Assembly: GCA_028279595.1 (NCBI GenBank)
Contig: JANQNK010000006.1
Coordinates: 137,951 to 201,950 of the forward strand
DNA: 64,000 nt
Reading direction: 5' to 3'
Source of the DNA: Thermoplasmatota archaeon
GTDB lineage: Archaea; Thermoplasmatota; JAKEGO01
Within the stretch, counting starts at the first letter, position 1, and each line of letters starts with the position of its first letter. The notes beneath the pieces were generated by a model, which saw only the letters and a list, made by a program, of their open reading frames with translations, ran no database searches and was not told the origin of the DNA. Shown here in pieces: positions 1 through 9,985 of the stretch. Both the position numbers and the translations under genes were made by a program.

Positions 1-1075
1 GCGAGCTGAGCATCTCCTCGGTGCCCTCGAAGCTCAGTCCCGACAGCTTCAGCTCCCCCACGTGGGAACGTATGTTGACGTCCCTCCTGTCGTAGAACTC
101 GGGGGTTGTCCTGGATACGACGACCATCTTGAGGTCCTTGCCCGAAAGGGCCTCGAACATCTGTCCGAAGAAGCCGGCAAGCTCATCGTTCGCCTTCTCG
201 TAGTTGTCGAAGACGAAGAGCGATGGCACGTCGCCGAGGTTCTCGCCGATGAGTTCGATCGCCTCGTTGGTCTGGAACGATGACCTCGAGATCATCTTCT
301 TGAGCTCCCTTGAAGCGTTTAGCGAGAAGAACTCGGCAAGCCTCGAAAGGATGCTCCTGATGGTGTCCCATTCCGTGACGTTGCACCACAGTACGCTGTA
401 GTCGCTGGTGAACTCGTCGATTACCTTGGCCAATAGAGTGGACTTCCCGATCCCGGTTATCCCCGTGATGACGAGGACCTTCCTCTCGGATATGATCTTC
501 CTCACGGACTCGAGTTCGCGGTCTCGTCCGATGAAGTTGCGTGGCTTTGGGGCATCGCTCAGCATGTGGACGCGCGTTGACATCTCCTTGTCCTCGGAGA
601 TGAACTTCTCGAGAGCCTCCATCTGAACGACATCCTTCCCGTCGTTCGCTACCACAAGGACGGTCAATGGGGAGACACCGCCTCCCAGTCTCTCTACGAG
701 GGTGAAAATGGGGACGTCCTCGACCTCGTCGCCGGTCCTTATCTTGATCTCCACGGCTTCGAGCTTCTCCTTGATGTCCTTCGCCTCGTCGATACCCTTC
801 ATGGTGAGGAAATAGATGTTGACCCGTCTCATGTGGCCTTCGACCATTCCCGTACGGACCTGAATGAGTTCGTCGTTGACGAGTCCCTTGAGCGAACGGG
901 GGACGTGGTTCCAACGGATGCCCACGGCGTCCGCTATGCCCTTCTGGGACAGGTCGTGGGGAAGAACTCCGAATATCTCGGTCTGCGACTCGTCTGAGAC
1001 GTACCTTTCCGCAGGAAACTCGGAAAGATGGAGCAGTATCTTCTCCTTTACCGTAAGCAAGCTCTTCTCCGTCAT
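1..1075 (-). CDS. Winged-HTH + STAND-type P-loop NTPase regulator (3' end runs off the window)
   Basis: Absent from the ORF track. Manual translation from ATG 1075: MTEKSLLTVKEKILLHL...LSQKGIADAVGIRWNHVPRSLKGLV (HTH), then FIGRDRELE, Walker A GITGIGKST, Walker B LFVFDN and VVVSR. The frame stays open to position 1. Confidence 0.85.
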   Translation of the reverse strand, partial: MTEKSLLTVKEKILLHLSEFPAERYVSDESQTEIFGVLPHDLSQKGIADAVGIRWNHVPRSLKGLVNDELIQVRTGMVEGHMRRVNIYFLTMKGIDEAKDIKEKLEAVEIKIRTGDEVEDVPIFTLVERLGGGVSPLTVLVVANDGKDVVQMEALEKFISEDKEMSTRVHMLSDAPKPRNFIGRDRELESVRKIISERKVLVITGITGIGKSTLLAKVIDEFTSDYSVLWCNVTEWDTIRSILSRLAEFFSLNASRELKKMISRSSFQTNEAIELIGENLGDVPSLFVFDNYEKANDELAGFFGQMFEALSGKDLKMVVVSRTTPEFYDRRDVNIRSHVGELKLSGLSFEGTEEMLSS

Positions 1076-1193
1076 GCTGGTACATCCATCGCGGTCCTAG
1101 GTTAGATAATTCGGATAGGACATAAAACACTTTGCCATACGTGTCTACCTGTAATGTTTAAAATTCAACGCTCACAGGGTATTCGGACCTGGA

Positions 1194-1931
1194 TCAATCA
1201 AGGGGCCTGTACTTGACGGTCGGTGTACCGTCTGTCTTCTCATTGCCGTCGAGGGGAATGACCACGGCCTCCTGGGCCTGTTCCTCGAACGGGACCTGCT
1301 CTGCCTGTATGACGTTCTGGTCCGCTCCCGGGGGATGTACGACCGGGCCGCCGGCCTGATATTCTTCCGCCGGACGGTCCTCCCTCGGTGGTTCGTTGCC
1401 CGGTTGCGATTCCATGAATGTGGGGGAATGGCCTTGCTGCTGGGGCTGCGGGGAAACAACTGCCGGCTGCGGCTGCTGGACCGCCTGCTGGGGCGGTTGC
1501 GGTGCGACCTGCTGTTGTGGCGCCGGCGGTCGGGGCTGCTGGGTCGGTGCAGGCTGAACCGGCTGGGGTGGTTGTGGGGTCCCCCTCCTAAGTTCGAGCG
1601 CCTCCGCCTTCAATCCCTCGACCTGTATCTTCAATTCGTCGATGTTGTCGTGGAGATTGGCGATGATCTCGACGTCCCGGACGTGCCTGTCCTTGAGCCG
1701 GGCGATCTCCTCGTCACGCTCCCTGATCTGCTTGGTGATGACCTCCTGTTGGGCGCCCGCCTTGGCAGCATCGATCCCGCCTCCAGTCCTGAGCCTCTCT
1801 ATCTCGGCCTCCTTGGCTGCCAGTATGTCCTTGAGCTTCGCCAGTTGAGAATGGATATCAGGACGCTTCGGCGGTCCAGCGCTCTTCTCGGTGAGCGAGC
1901 GCATCTCCTCTTCTTCAACGATCCTGATCAT
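1194..1931 (-). CDS. Coiled-coil protein with Pro/Gln-rich low-complexity tail (last gene of the Zn-finger/coiled-coil operon)
   Basis: Track ORF 1194..2024, start reassigned to ATG 1931 (MIRIVEEEEM) behind a GGTGA SD. Heptad-rich N-terminal half followed by a PQ-rich tail. Confidence 0.8.
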   Translation of the reverse strand: MIRIVEEEEMRSLTEKSAGPPKRPDIHSQLAKLKDILAAKEAEIERLRTGGGIDAAKAGAQQEVITKQIRERDEEIARLKDRHVRDVEIIANLHDNIDELKIQVEGLKAEALELRRGTPQPPQPVQPAPTQQPRPPAPQQQVAPQPPQQAVQQPQPAVVSPQPQQQGHSPTFMESQPGNEPPREDRPAEEYQAGGPVVHPPGADQNVIQAEQVPFEEQAQEAVVIPLDGNEKTDGTPTVKYRPLD

Positions 1932-1944
1932 GTCCTGATCACCG

Positions 1945-2763
1945 TCAGACCTTTCCGGCGCCCCTGCAGTTGGGACATACCTCTTGGACGATGCTTCCGT
2001 CCTTCTTCCTAACGCCGATGACACCCTCTCCTCCGCAGACGGGGCAGATGGCCTGTTCCCCGATGTCCTCGGGTATGGGTATCGTCTCGGGTACCTCGGC
2101 GACCTCCGCCGGGATCGGAGCCTCCTCCTGCGGTTCTGGGGCGGCTTCCGCGCCCTTTACCGTTTCCACCGTCTGGGCCTTCTCATCCTGTTGCTTGGCA
2201 CCCAGGATAGATCCTGATCCTTCGGGCTTTCCACCGAGGAGTCTACCGCGCGACTCGGGTTGTGCCGGTGCAGCCTCCTCGACCGGAGCGAAGACCGGGG
2301 TCGGTCCCGCCTGGGGCTTCTTCATCGTGTCGCTCATCTGATGGAGCTCTCCGGTAAGATCGGATATCCGCTGTTCGAGCTCCTCCTTGTAAGCTGTGGT
2401 CTTGTCGAGGATCTCCTTGTCGAGCTCGATCTTCTTGTCCCTCTCCGTGATCAGTGCTTTGAGGTCCTGTATCTCGCCCTTGAGCGTCTCCAGGATGCCA
2501 GGGTCGGTCTCTGCGGCCGGTGGGCCGTCCTTGGGAGCTGGAGCCTTGGCCTTCTCCTGCTCGAGCGCGGCCTTCGTCGCGTCGAGCTCCTCCTGGAGCT
2601 TGGTGTTCTCGTCCTTCATCGTCTTGAGCTCCTGGATCGCCTTGTTGAGCTTCTCCTTGAGGTTCTCTACGATGTCGGTGATCTGCTTCTTGAGCTTGAG
2701 TTGCTCAGACGTCTTCTCCTGCTTCGACCGCTCCATCTCGTCCTCGGTGATCATCCTGACCAT
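1945..2763 (-). CDS. Coiled-coil protein with C-terminal DnaJ-type CxxCxGxG zinc finger
   Basis: Start reassigned to ATG 2763 (MVRMITEDEM) behind GGAGGG. Ends CPVCGGEG...CPNCRGAGKV. Confidence 0.85.
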   Translation of the reverse strand: MVRMITEDEMERSKQEKTSEQLKLKKQITDIVENLKEKLNKAIQELKTMKDENTKLQEELDATKAALEQEKAKAPAPKDGPPAAETDPGILETLKGEIQDLKALITERDKKIELDKEILDKTTAYKEELEQRISDLTGELHQMSDTMKKPQAGPTPVFAPVEEAAPAQPESRGRLLGGKPEGSGSILGAKQQDEKAQTVETVKGAEAAPEPQEEAPIPAEVAEVPETIPIPEDIGEQAICPVCGGEGVIGVRKKDGSIVQEVCPNCRGAGKV

Positions 2764-2776
2764 TCCGACCCTCCAT

Positions 2777-3571
2777 TCATGTTCTCCCAGTTCCACCGCA
2801 CCGCGGACATGAGACCTCCTTCTCGGCGTCCCCGTCCTGCACGATCACCTTCTTTCTCCCCTTGCAGAGGTCGCAGCGTTTCGACCTTCCAGCCAGGGGA
2901 GGCGCTAGGTTCAGCACTATTGTGTCGTTAGTGCCACTTTCCTTATTTAAACTTTCCAACTGCTGCTTGGCCTTCCTGAGCTCTGCTACGATAGCGCTGG
3001 ACTTCGTCTTGAGCTCATCGTATCTCGCAGTGTGCTTCTGACCATCCTTCCTGAGCTTCTCGTTCTCGACAGTCAGGTGCTTGATCCTCTCGATCGCAGC
3101 GGGGTCGGGCCCCGATTGGGTTGCCGTCGATGGCGACGCCCTCAACGACTCGACCTCCGCGAGCAGGTCCCGTCTGATCTGCTCGTACTGGGACTTGATG
3201 CCCTCGAACGAACGTATCTGCTGGTCCCTGTCGGTTATCATACGCTTGAGGATGTCGATCTCCTTCTCTTTCTCGGCGACGCTCTTCGTGATCGCCTGTA
3301 TCCTCTTCTGCATCTCCCCTACCTTCTGCCTGAAGGATTCGGGTATCTCGCTCTGCGCCTTGGCCTGACGGATCCTCGTGACCGCCCATTTGAGCTCGTT
3401 CTGAAGCGTCTCCTTGGCCGCCGCGCTCTCCTCGAGGTCGGTCCTGAGCGAATTGATCTGATTGGTCAATGTATCGATGGTCCGAAGATGGATCTCCTCC
3501 TCCGCCTTGCCCTTGGCAATGAGCTGCTTGAGACTCTCGACCTGGGCTTTAAGCGGATCGGACCCTGTCAA
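2777..3571 (-). CDS. Coiled-coil protein with C-terminal DnaJ-type zinc finger
   Basis: TTG start overlaps the upstream TGA (TTGA). Ends CDLCKGRK...CPRCGGTGRT. Confidence 0.8.
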   Translation of the reverse strand: MTGSDPLKAQVESLKQLIAKGKAEEEIHLRTIDTLTNQINSLRTDLEESAAAKETLQNELKWAVTRIRQAKAQSEIPESFRQKVGEMQKRIQAITKSVAEKEKEIDILKRMITDRDQQIRSFEGIKSQYEQIRRDLLAEVESLRASPSTATQSGPDPAAIERIKHLTVENEKLRKDGQKHTARYDELKTKSSAIVAELRKAKQQLESLNKESGTNDTIVLNLAPPLAGRSKRCDLCKGRKKVIVQDGDAEKEVSCPRCGGTGRT

Positions 3572-5025
3572 ACTATACCAGCTCCGTCACACCTAGGACA
3601 CGTCTCCTCCCTGACGTGGCCGTGCCTGTCCTTGACCCCGACCTTCCCGAGGCCACCGCATACCGGACAGACCTTGCCCAATGTGTCGCTCACCGGCACC
3701 TCGGCCGGCGGAGGGGGCGGTGCGGCCGCCTTGGCCGGAGGTGCCGCCTGTGCCTCTGCCGGCGCTGCGGGAGGCGGTGGTGCCGCGGCCTTGGTCTCCA
3801 GCCTCTCGTTGAGCCTCTGTACGGCGGTCTCGAGGGCAGTGTTCCTTCCGTTAGCCTCGTCGAGCTCCTTCCTGGTCTTCTCGAGCTCGGCGTTGAGTCC
3901 GTCCCTCTCGGCCATGATCATCTTGACGTCGCCGCTCTCCGCGGCGATCTTCGCGTTCTCTGCCTCCAGGTCCGCGATCCTCTTGTTGAGGCCCTCCCGT
4001 TCGGTCTTCCAGGAGGCTTCCTTCTCGGTGAGGGTAGCCTTGACGGCCTCCATCTGCTCCGACTCTCCGGCCTTGTCGCCCTGGAGCTTGACGTATTCCT
4101 GCTTGACGGCCGCGATGGTGTCCTTGACCTCCGTGAGGTCCTTCTTCAGCTTGGCGTTCTCCTCCTTGAGCTTGACGACCTCAGCGGAACCGGCCTTCTC
4201 GAGTTCAGCGATCCTCATGTCCCGCATCTGCACCTCCTTGTTGAGGCGCTCGATCTCGCGGGTAAGGCCCTGTACCTTGTCCGTGGAACCCGAGCTCTGC
4301 TTGACGATCTTGGCGTTCTCGGCCGTGAGCCTCTCGACCTCCCGGGTCAGGGCGTCCGCCTTCTCCTTGACTGCGGCCGAATCCTTCTGGACCTTCTCGT
4401 TCTCGGCGGCGGATATCTCCGCGGCCTCCTTCATGGATGCCAGCGAGGCCTCGGCGGTCTCGATCCTCTTCGTGAGCTCCGCCCTCTCCTTCTCGACGAC
4501 CCCGATCGCGGTCTTCATCTCCTCGATCTCGTCGTTCTTCGTCCTCAGGGAGGTCGTGACCTTCTCCAGCCTCTCCTTGTCAGCGGTCCTGTCCTTGTCG
4601 GCCTTCTCGAGGGCCTTCCTGGCGGCCTCGAGACCGGCCAGCGCCTTCTTCGCTTCCTCGAGCTCGGCAGCTGCCTTTCCTGCCTTCTCGAGGTCCTTCT
4701 GGAGCTGATCGTTGGTGGCCTTGAGCCCCTTCAGGGTCTCCTTGGCCGCACCGACCGTCTTCTTCATCTCCTCCCTCTCCTTGTCGAGGGAGTCCACCTG
4801 TTTCGTAAGGTCTGCGATCCGCTTCTCGGAGGCTGCGGTATCCTTCTTGGCCGCATCGGCGTCGGCGGTCATCTGTTCCACGACCACTTTTAGGCGCGAT
4901 ATCTCACGCGCCCTTTCCTCGATCTTCCTCTCTGATTCGGATATCCTCTCCTTCAGTTGGAGGTTCTCAGACTTCTTCTCCTCGTCGAAAAGGTCCTTCT
5001 CGTCCTCGGATATCACCTTGATCAT
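3568..5025 (-). CDS. Long coiled-coil protein with Pro/Ala linker and C-terminal DnaJ-type zinc finger
   Basis: About 400 aa of K/E/A-rich heptads, ATGA overlap with the upstream gene. Begins MIKVISEDE and ends CPVCGGLG...CPRCDGAGIV. Confidence 0.88.
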   Translation of the reverse strand: MIKVISEDEKDLFDEEKKSENLQLKERISESERKIEERAREISRLKVVVEQMTADADAAKKDTAASEKRIADLTKQVDSLDKEREEMKKTVGAAKETLKGLKATNDQLQKDLEKAGKAAAELEEAKKALAGLEAARKALEKADKDRTADKERLEKVTTSLRTKNDEIEEMKTAIGVVEKERAELTKRIETAEASLASMKEAAEISAAENEKVQKDSAAVKEKADALTREVERLTAENAKIVKQSSGSTDKVQGLTREIERLNKEVQMRDMRIAELEKAGSAEVVKLKEENAKLKKDLTEVKDTIAAVKQEYVKLQGDKAGESEQMEAVKATLTEKEASWKTEREGLNKRIADLEAENAKIAAESGDVKMIMAERDGLNAELEKTRKELDEANGRNTALETAVQRLNERLETKAAAPPPPAAPAEAQAAPPAKAAAPPPPPAEVPVSDTLGKVCPVCGGLGKVGVKDRHGHVREETCPRCDGAGIV

Positions 5026-6173
5026 ATCTTACCCGCTCCTTTGCATCTCGGACACATCTGTTCGTTCAGTTTTCCGCGTTTGCCCCTCACCATCACGCGT
5101 CCCTTGCCCGAGCAAACCGGACAATCCTTCTTCCCCTTCTTCGAGCGCTTTCCACCCTTCTTCTTGACGGGCTTCCTGGGGGAACTATCCACCTTTGGAG
5201 GTCCCGGAGGTTGTACGTCGGGTTCCTCGGGCTCTTCTTCCTCGGCACCCTCGAGTATCCCCTTGACGTTGACCTCGTTGTGACACCATGGACAGATGGC
5301 CTTTTGAACCTTCCTGTCCACGATGAACGTACCGTGGCAGTAGGGGCACTCCACCTCGGTATCGCTCCTCGTCCTGCGTTCTGGATTGAGAGTGAACTCC
5401 ACGGTCCTGGACGCATACGGCGGTATGTTCACATACGCCTCCGACGGCACCGGAATGAACCCTTCCGGGGAGAATGGTTCTATGTGCAACGTCTCGAGGG
5501 ACCGTTCCGACTCGTTCCTTATCTTGATCCGATAGACCAGGCCCTCACCCTTCTCGGTCAGGACCGTCGATATCGAGGCGTCCCTGCCCGGGACGAACTC
5601 CTCGGCGGTGTACGCATCGGTGTTCATCGGATTGAGCTCGAATATCCTCGCCTCTTCGCCGAAGGGCTTGAGGCTGATGACCTCGCTCTGCGGGGTCGGG
5701 ACGAATATCGAGTTGGATGTGTCCGGAATGATGTTGATCCGGTTCAGGGGCTGCCCGAGGTTGTTTCGAACGAGGACCTTGTAGAGGATCCTGTTCTCGA
5801 CCCGGGCGAAGACCGTCTTGATAGTGAGCTCGCGTCCGGGCTTCGGCTTGACCATGGTCGCTGCCACGGCGCGTTCCGCCAGGGAGATGCACTCCTCGAA
5901 CTGGTTCTCCTTGAGGGCGCGCTTGGCCTTCGTCAACAGGTCCTTCGCGCTGTTGACATCGATGCGTGCGTCCTGTGCCTTCAGGATCGAGCGTTCGGCG
6001 AATTCGACGGCACCCTTGGCGCTGTGCGCCATGCTCAGCTGTTCACGGACCATGTTCTCGGCCTTCTCGGAGAGTCCCCGTGCCCTTTTCGGCTTTTCCT
6101 GGTCAAGGGCCAGTCTCGCCTTAGCGAGGACCTCCTCAGCCTCCGAGGTGTCGATATCGATCCTTTCGTCCAT
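5022..6173 (-). CDS. Cytoplasmic adaptor-like protein: helical repeats, two Ig-like beta-sandwich repeats, Zn ribbon and DnaJ-type Zn finger
   Basis: Tandem PGRE...YKVLVRN...FELNP and PGRD...YRIKIRN...FTLNP repeats, CPYC...CPWC, terminal CPVCSGKG...CPRCKGAGKI. GGAGG SD, no signal peptide. Confidence 0.85.
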   Translation of the reverse strand: MDERIDIDTSEAEEVLAKARLALDQEKPKRARGLSEKAENMVREQLSMAHSAKGAVEFAERSILKAQDARIDVNSAKDLLTKAKRALKENQFEECISLAERAVAATMVKPKPGRELTIKTVFARVENRILYKVLVRNNLGQPLNRINIIPDTSNSIFVPTPQSEVISLKPFGEEARIFELNPMNTDAYTAEEFVPGRDASISTVLTEKGEGLVYRIKIRNESERSLETLHIEPFSPEGFIPVPSEAYVNIPPYASRTVEFTLNPERRTRSDTEVECPYCHGTFIVDRKVQKAICPWCHNEVNVKGILEGAEEEEPEEPDVQPPGPPKVDSSPRKPVKKKGGKRSKKGKKDCPVCSGKGRVMVRGKRGKLNEQMCPRCKGAGKI

Positions 6174-6174
6174 G

Positions 6175-9100
6175 TTACTCCTCCCCCTCTTTTACCGATT
6201 CTATGAACGCCTTGGCATGCATGTAGGCGCCCTTTGCCGTCTCCAGCATGGAGACGATGATGTATACGGCTATAAGACCGAGTATGAGTGCGATGAGCGG
6301 ATAGATGAAGGTCGGGAACGGCAGCAGGTCAGGAGTGAGGAAAAGGCCTTCGAGCATGGTGCCGATCGATCTCCCCGAGGATAGGCTCAGGAAGAATATG
6401 CCGAACATCAGGCCGCATATGGCGAGCGTGCTGATGTATGACTTCGTTCTGATCCCGGTGATGATGGTGTAGAGCGGGACTATCATCACGAGCATTATGT
6501 ACGCGAGCGGAAGGGCAGCCGCGTCGATCGCCGCGCTCTCGACCGGCAGGAGGACGAACAAGGAGATCGCCGTCGTCACGACCAGACCCTTGATGAGGTG
6601 CTCGTTCCGCCGCTGTTTGAGGCTCACGCGCTTCGCGTTCGCCCTTAGCATCGCGAAACCACCGAGAAGTATGATCGGCAGTGCGATGAGGACGATCGGG
6701 TTGGGGCGTTTGCTGACCTTTATCTCCGTAGAAACGACGTTGTTCCTCCGCCGTCCCGGGTCACTCCCCTCATAGCCTTCGCTGGCCGCCTTGATCGTCA
6801 ACGTGTGTCGCTCCGAACGGTTGAACCAGTCGAGCTCCGGGATCTCGATCTCGATTGCGAGGGTCCTCTCCCCCTCCATGGGAAGGTCGATCTGGACCTC
6901 GTGGATGAGGTCTCCGTCCCAGTAGACCTCGATCGGCAGGTTCGAGAGGGTGTCGATGACCGGGTCCCCCGTCTCCCTGCCGGTGGACCTAACGGTGAAC
7001 GTTACGGTGAGCTCGTCCCCCTCCTGTGCGATGTCATCGATGTCCACGTCCGAGATGGATATGTCTGGCGAGAGCGTGATTATCAGGAAGTTGAGCTCCT
7101 CGGGCGTCGGCAGTGCGTCGACCCAGACGTTCACGGTGAAGTCGAGTTCGGAGAAATGGGGTATCGAGGGTGCGGAATGTATCGTCGCATAGATGATCCG
7201 GTCCTGACCGGGAGCCAGCAGGAAACTGGAGTTGTCGAGCTCGATCTCCCAACCGGAATAGAAGGTCGTGGAGTTGAGCGTGAACGTCCGCTGTACGGGG
7301 AACTCGTTCCTGATGAGGATGCCGTAGTCGATCTCGGAATCCGGGAATATGTAGACGAACGGAGGTCCGTAGGGCATGACGAACGAGGTCTCGACCTCGA
7401 TGCGTACGTCGTCGTATCCCGGACCCTCGACCACCGAACCGGACACGTCTACGTAGTTGATCGGGTCGTTGAGGGAGTTGGACGGCGGCCTGATCGTAAC
7501 GTAGACCGTAGTGCTCTCGTCGAAATCGAGGGTGACCGATGGTCTGTCGAGCCACACGGTCCAATCGCCGGTCTGAGAGACGTCGAGTGTGACGTTCTCT
7601 CGGCCGTTGCCGGTGTTTATTACGTAGACAGGGACGATCAGAGGTTCGTTGGGTATTACCTTCCACACGTCGCTCCCGCCCCAGATGTCCAGGTCCCGTG
7701 TCTGGAGGTCGACACCCGTGACGAGGTCGACGATGACCTTCCCCCATTCGGAGTCGGACACCTTGCTGTCGTGCTTCGATGTGAGGTTCAGGATGATGGT
7801 ATCGCTGCTGTCCGCGATGAGTCCGTACGGGATGTACACCCTGATCTGGAGTATTCGGGTCTCTCCGGGATCGACGAGGTCCAGGGCCTCGGGATTGATC
7901 ATGTCGGTCTCCCAATCTGAGGTCGACACGATGTCCTCGTTGTAATTGTCTATCCCGTTCCCAGTATTGTTGAATGTGAAGTTGAGGACAGTCTCCCCTC
8001 CAGGGGGCCCCCTCGCCGTCATCACAGGGCGTATCTCGACCCCTCCGACCTGGGTCAGCGATATCGTGCATGTGGAAAAGTCGCTCTTGGTCGGGTCCGC
8101 AGTGGAGTTGACCTCGACGACGATGATGTAGACCTCGTCCTCGAGCGCGTCCTCCGGTATCTGTACCCTCAGGGTGATCGTCGTTGTCAGACCTGCTAGC
8201 ACCGAACCGGTGATATCCCCCGGTAACAGGGAGATCGAAAGGCTCTGATTGTTCACTGTCCTCAGGCCGAAGGAGTCCTCGCCATTGCCCGTGTTGGTCA
8301 CGATGAGCTCCATATCGACAGTGTCGCCCGGTTCCGCGGTGGTAGCGTTCTCCTCGGGTTCGATGGTAACGGAATAGCCCTGAAGGACGTTTATGTACGA
8401 GAAGGCGCTATCGCTCGTGGTCCCATCACCACAGGTGGCGGTGAGGACAAGGGTCTCGTTCGTTCCGACGGGAGTTCCTGGATTGATGGTGACGTTCACG
8501 ATGATATCCACATTCTCGTCGTATTCGAGGTTCACCAGCGGCTGTGAATCGACGACGAAGGTCAGATTGGTCGATCCGTCGATCGAGAACGAGTCCATGT
8601 CGTTCCCCTGGTTGCGGATGTTGAACGTGAACTGGACAGCTTCCATCGGTTCCCCGGACTGGATAACTGGATCGATCGCGGTGACCTCGACACCGTAGAC
8701 CTGGGGGATCATCGCCACGAGGTCGACCACCCGGTACTTCGAGCTGTCGGCGTCGGACTCGGCCCGGACAGTGATGTGGGCCCGCCTGTTGTCCGGCCTG
8801 TCCCTCGATTCCATCGTAATCGTTATTATCTCAGATTCGCCATTATCAAGTGTAATGCCGTCCGGAGGTGCTCCATTCTCAACATTTACCAGCCAGTTTG
8901 GGGGCGCTGTTGAGTTGGTAATGTAGAACGTGTCAGTACTCTCGTAGTTCGCCACGTTGGTCACGTTGACGAGGAATACCGCGGTCTCTCCTATCCCGAT
9001 CTCGACGGGAGATTCGCTGATGAGCCTGATGTCGACGTCATTGGATTCGGAGACGTCGATGGAGGCCTGGGATGACGCGTCGACGTAGATGTCATAGTCG

Positions 9101-9786
9101 GATGTCACCTGGATACGCAGCGTTGCGGTGGTGTCGGCGGCTATGACGTTGTTCCACTCGGATCGCGGCACGATGACGTCCACGCTGACGGAGATGGAGT
9201 CACCCATGTCGAGGTCCTCTATCTTGTCGTCGAACGTGACGTTCCAGACCCTGTACTGGGTGTCGATGCAAAGGGCCTCGACTGTGAAGTTGTCCATGGC
9301 ATTCCCGGTGTTCCACACGGTGAAGTTGATGGTGATGGTCTCGCCGGGATCGCCGAAGAACGTGCCTGGAGTGTTGATAGCTACTCCGGCCACGGGAAAG
9401 ACCCTGGTCGTGGCCTGGGCCGTGTCGGTGGCGCTCGACGCCTGGGATATAGCCTGGAGGGTGACGTAGTCGACGGTGTTGGCCTGTGTCCCTGCCGGGA
9501 TGGAGACGATGACCTCGATATCTTCCTCGATCTGGCCGGATGATAGTGTGATGTTCGATGGCTGGACCACAGTCCAACCCCGGGAGGAGTTCGCCACGAG
9601 ATCGTAGGAATCGGTTTGGCTACCAGTGTTCTCCACATCGAAGTGATGGGTGATGTTCGCGCCTGGAAATCCCCATCCGCCACCTCCATCCGGTCCCCGT
9701 ACATCGACGTCGTACTGCGCCGCCCCGGGACCGCAGAGGAACAGTGCGAAGAAAACGACGCACAAGAACAACCAATGCAGCCTCAT
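6175..9786 (-). CDS. Secreted multi-Ig-repeat (COG1470/CARDB-like) surface protein with C-terminal polytopic membrane domain
   Basis: Signal peptide, repeated N(T/Q)GNxxD(S/N)F Ig-like units, a CARDB-like PDISIS unit, about 5 hydrophobic segments at the C-terminus. Confidence 0.85.
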   Translation of the reverse strand: MRLHWLFLCVVFFALFLCGPGAAQYDVDVRGPDGGGGWGFPGANITHHFDVENTGSQTDSYDLVANSSRGWTVVQPSNITLSSGQIEEDIEVIVSIPAGTQANTVDYVTLQAISQASSATDTAQATTRVFPVAGVAINTPGTFFGDPGETITINFTVWNTGNAMDNFTVEALCIDTQYRVWNVTFDDKIEDLDMGDSISVSVDVIVPRSEWNNVIAADTTATLRIQVTSDYDIYVDASSQASIDVSESNDVDIRLISESPVEIGIGETAVFLVNVTNVANYESTDTFYITNSTAPPNWLVNVENGAPPDGITLDNGESEIITITMESRDRPDNRRAHITVRAESDADSSKYRVVDLVAMIPQVYGVEVTAIDPVIQSGEPMEAVQFTFNIRNQGNDMDSFSIDGSTNLTFVVDSQPLVNLEYDENVDIIVNVTINPGTPVGTNETLVLTATCGDGTTSDSAFSYINVLQGYSVTIEPEENATTAEPGDTVDMELIVTNTGNGEDSFGLRTVNNQSLSISLLPGDITGSVLAGLTTTITLRVQIPEDALEDEVYIIVVEVNSTADPTKSDFSTCTISLTQVGGVEIRPVMTARGPPGGETVLNFTFNNTGNGIDNYNEDIVSTSDWETDMINPEALDLVDPGETRILQIRVYIPYGLIADSSDTIILNLTSKHDSKVSDSEWGKVIVDLVTGVDLQTRDLDIWGGSDVWKVIPNEPLIVPVYVINTGNGRENVTLDVSQTGDWTVWLDRPSVTLDFDESTTVYVTIRPPSNSLNDPINYVDVSGSVVEGPGYDDVRIEVETSFVMPYGPPFVYIFPDSEIDYGILIRNEFPVQRTFTLNSTTFYSGWEIELDNSSFLLAPGQDRIIYATIHSAPSIPHFSELDFTVNVWVDALPTPEELNFLIITLSPDISISDVDIDDIAQEGDELTVTFTVRSTGRETGDPVIDTLSNLPIEVYWDGDLIHEVQIDLPMEGERTLAIEIEIPELDWFNRSERHTLTIKAASEGYEGSDPGRRRNNVVSTEIKVSKRPNPIVLIALPIILLGGFAMLRANAKRVSLKQRRNEHLIKGLVVTTAISLFVLLPVESAAIDAAALPLAYIMLVMIVPLYTIITGIRTKSYISTLAICGLMFGIFFLSLSSGRSIGTMLEGLFLTPDLLPFPTFIYPLIALILGLIAVYIIVSMLETAKGAYMHAKAFIESVKEGEE

Positions 9787-9985
9787 ACCTTCACCTTTTC
9801 GCGATACGCCTGGACTCCAAGTTATTCAATTCTGTCTATATATAGTTTGTTTGGTGGTATTTTCCGCGTTCCGTGACAAATCGAGAATCACCAGCGTCCG
9901 GTGGTTTCCGTGGTTTATTGGTCACGTTCGTATCCCAATCACTATCTTTTTATCCGGCCGGGGCCTTCTGCGGAACGGTGATCCA

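Noticed and set aside
183-1130. Track ORF of 315 aa (-)
   Set aside because: Arg/Gly-rich off-frame shadow of the real wHTH-STAND gene starting at 1075.
3032-4893. Long plus-strand ORFs (558 and 425 aa)
   Set aside because: Antisense shadows of coiled-coil genes caused by codon bias; no recognisable motifs.
3568-5025. SMC/Rad50 or DnaJ assignment for the coiled-coil Zn-finger proteins
   Set aside because: No Walker motifs, hinge or central zinc hook, and no J domain with HPD.
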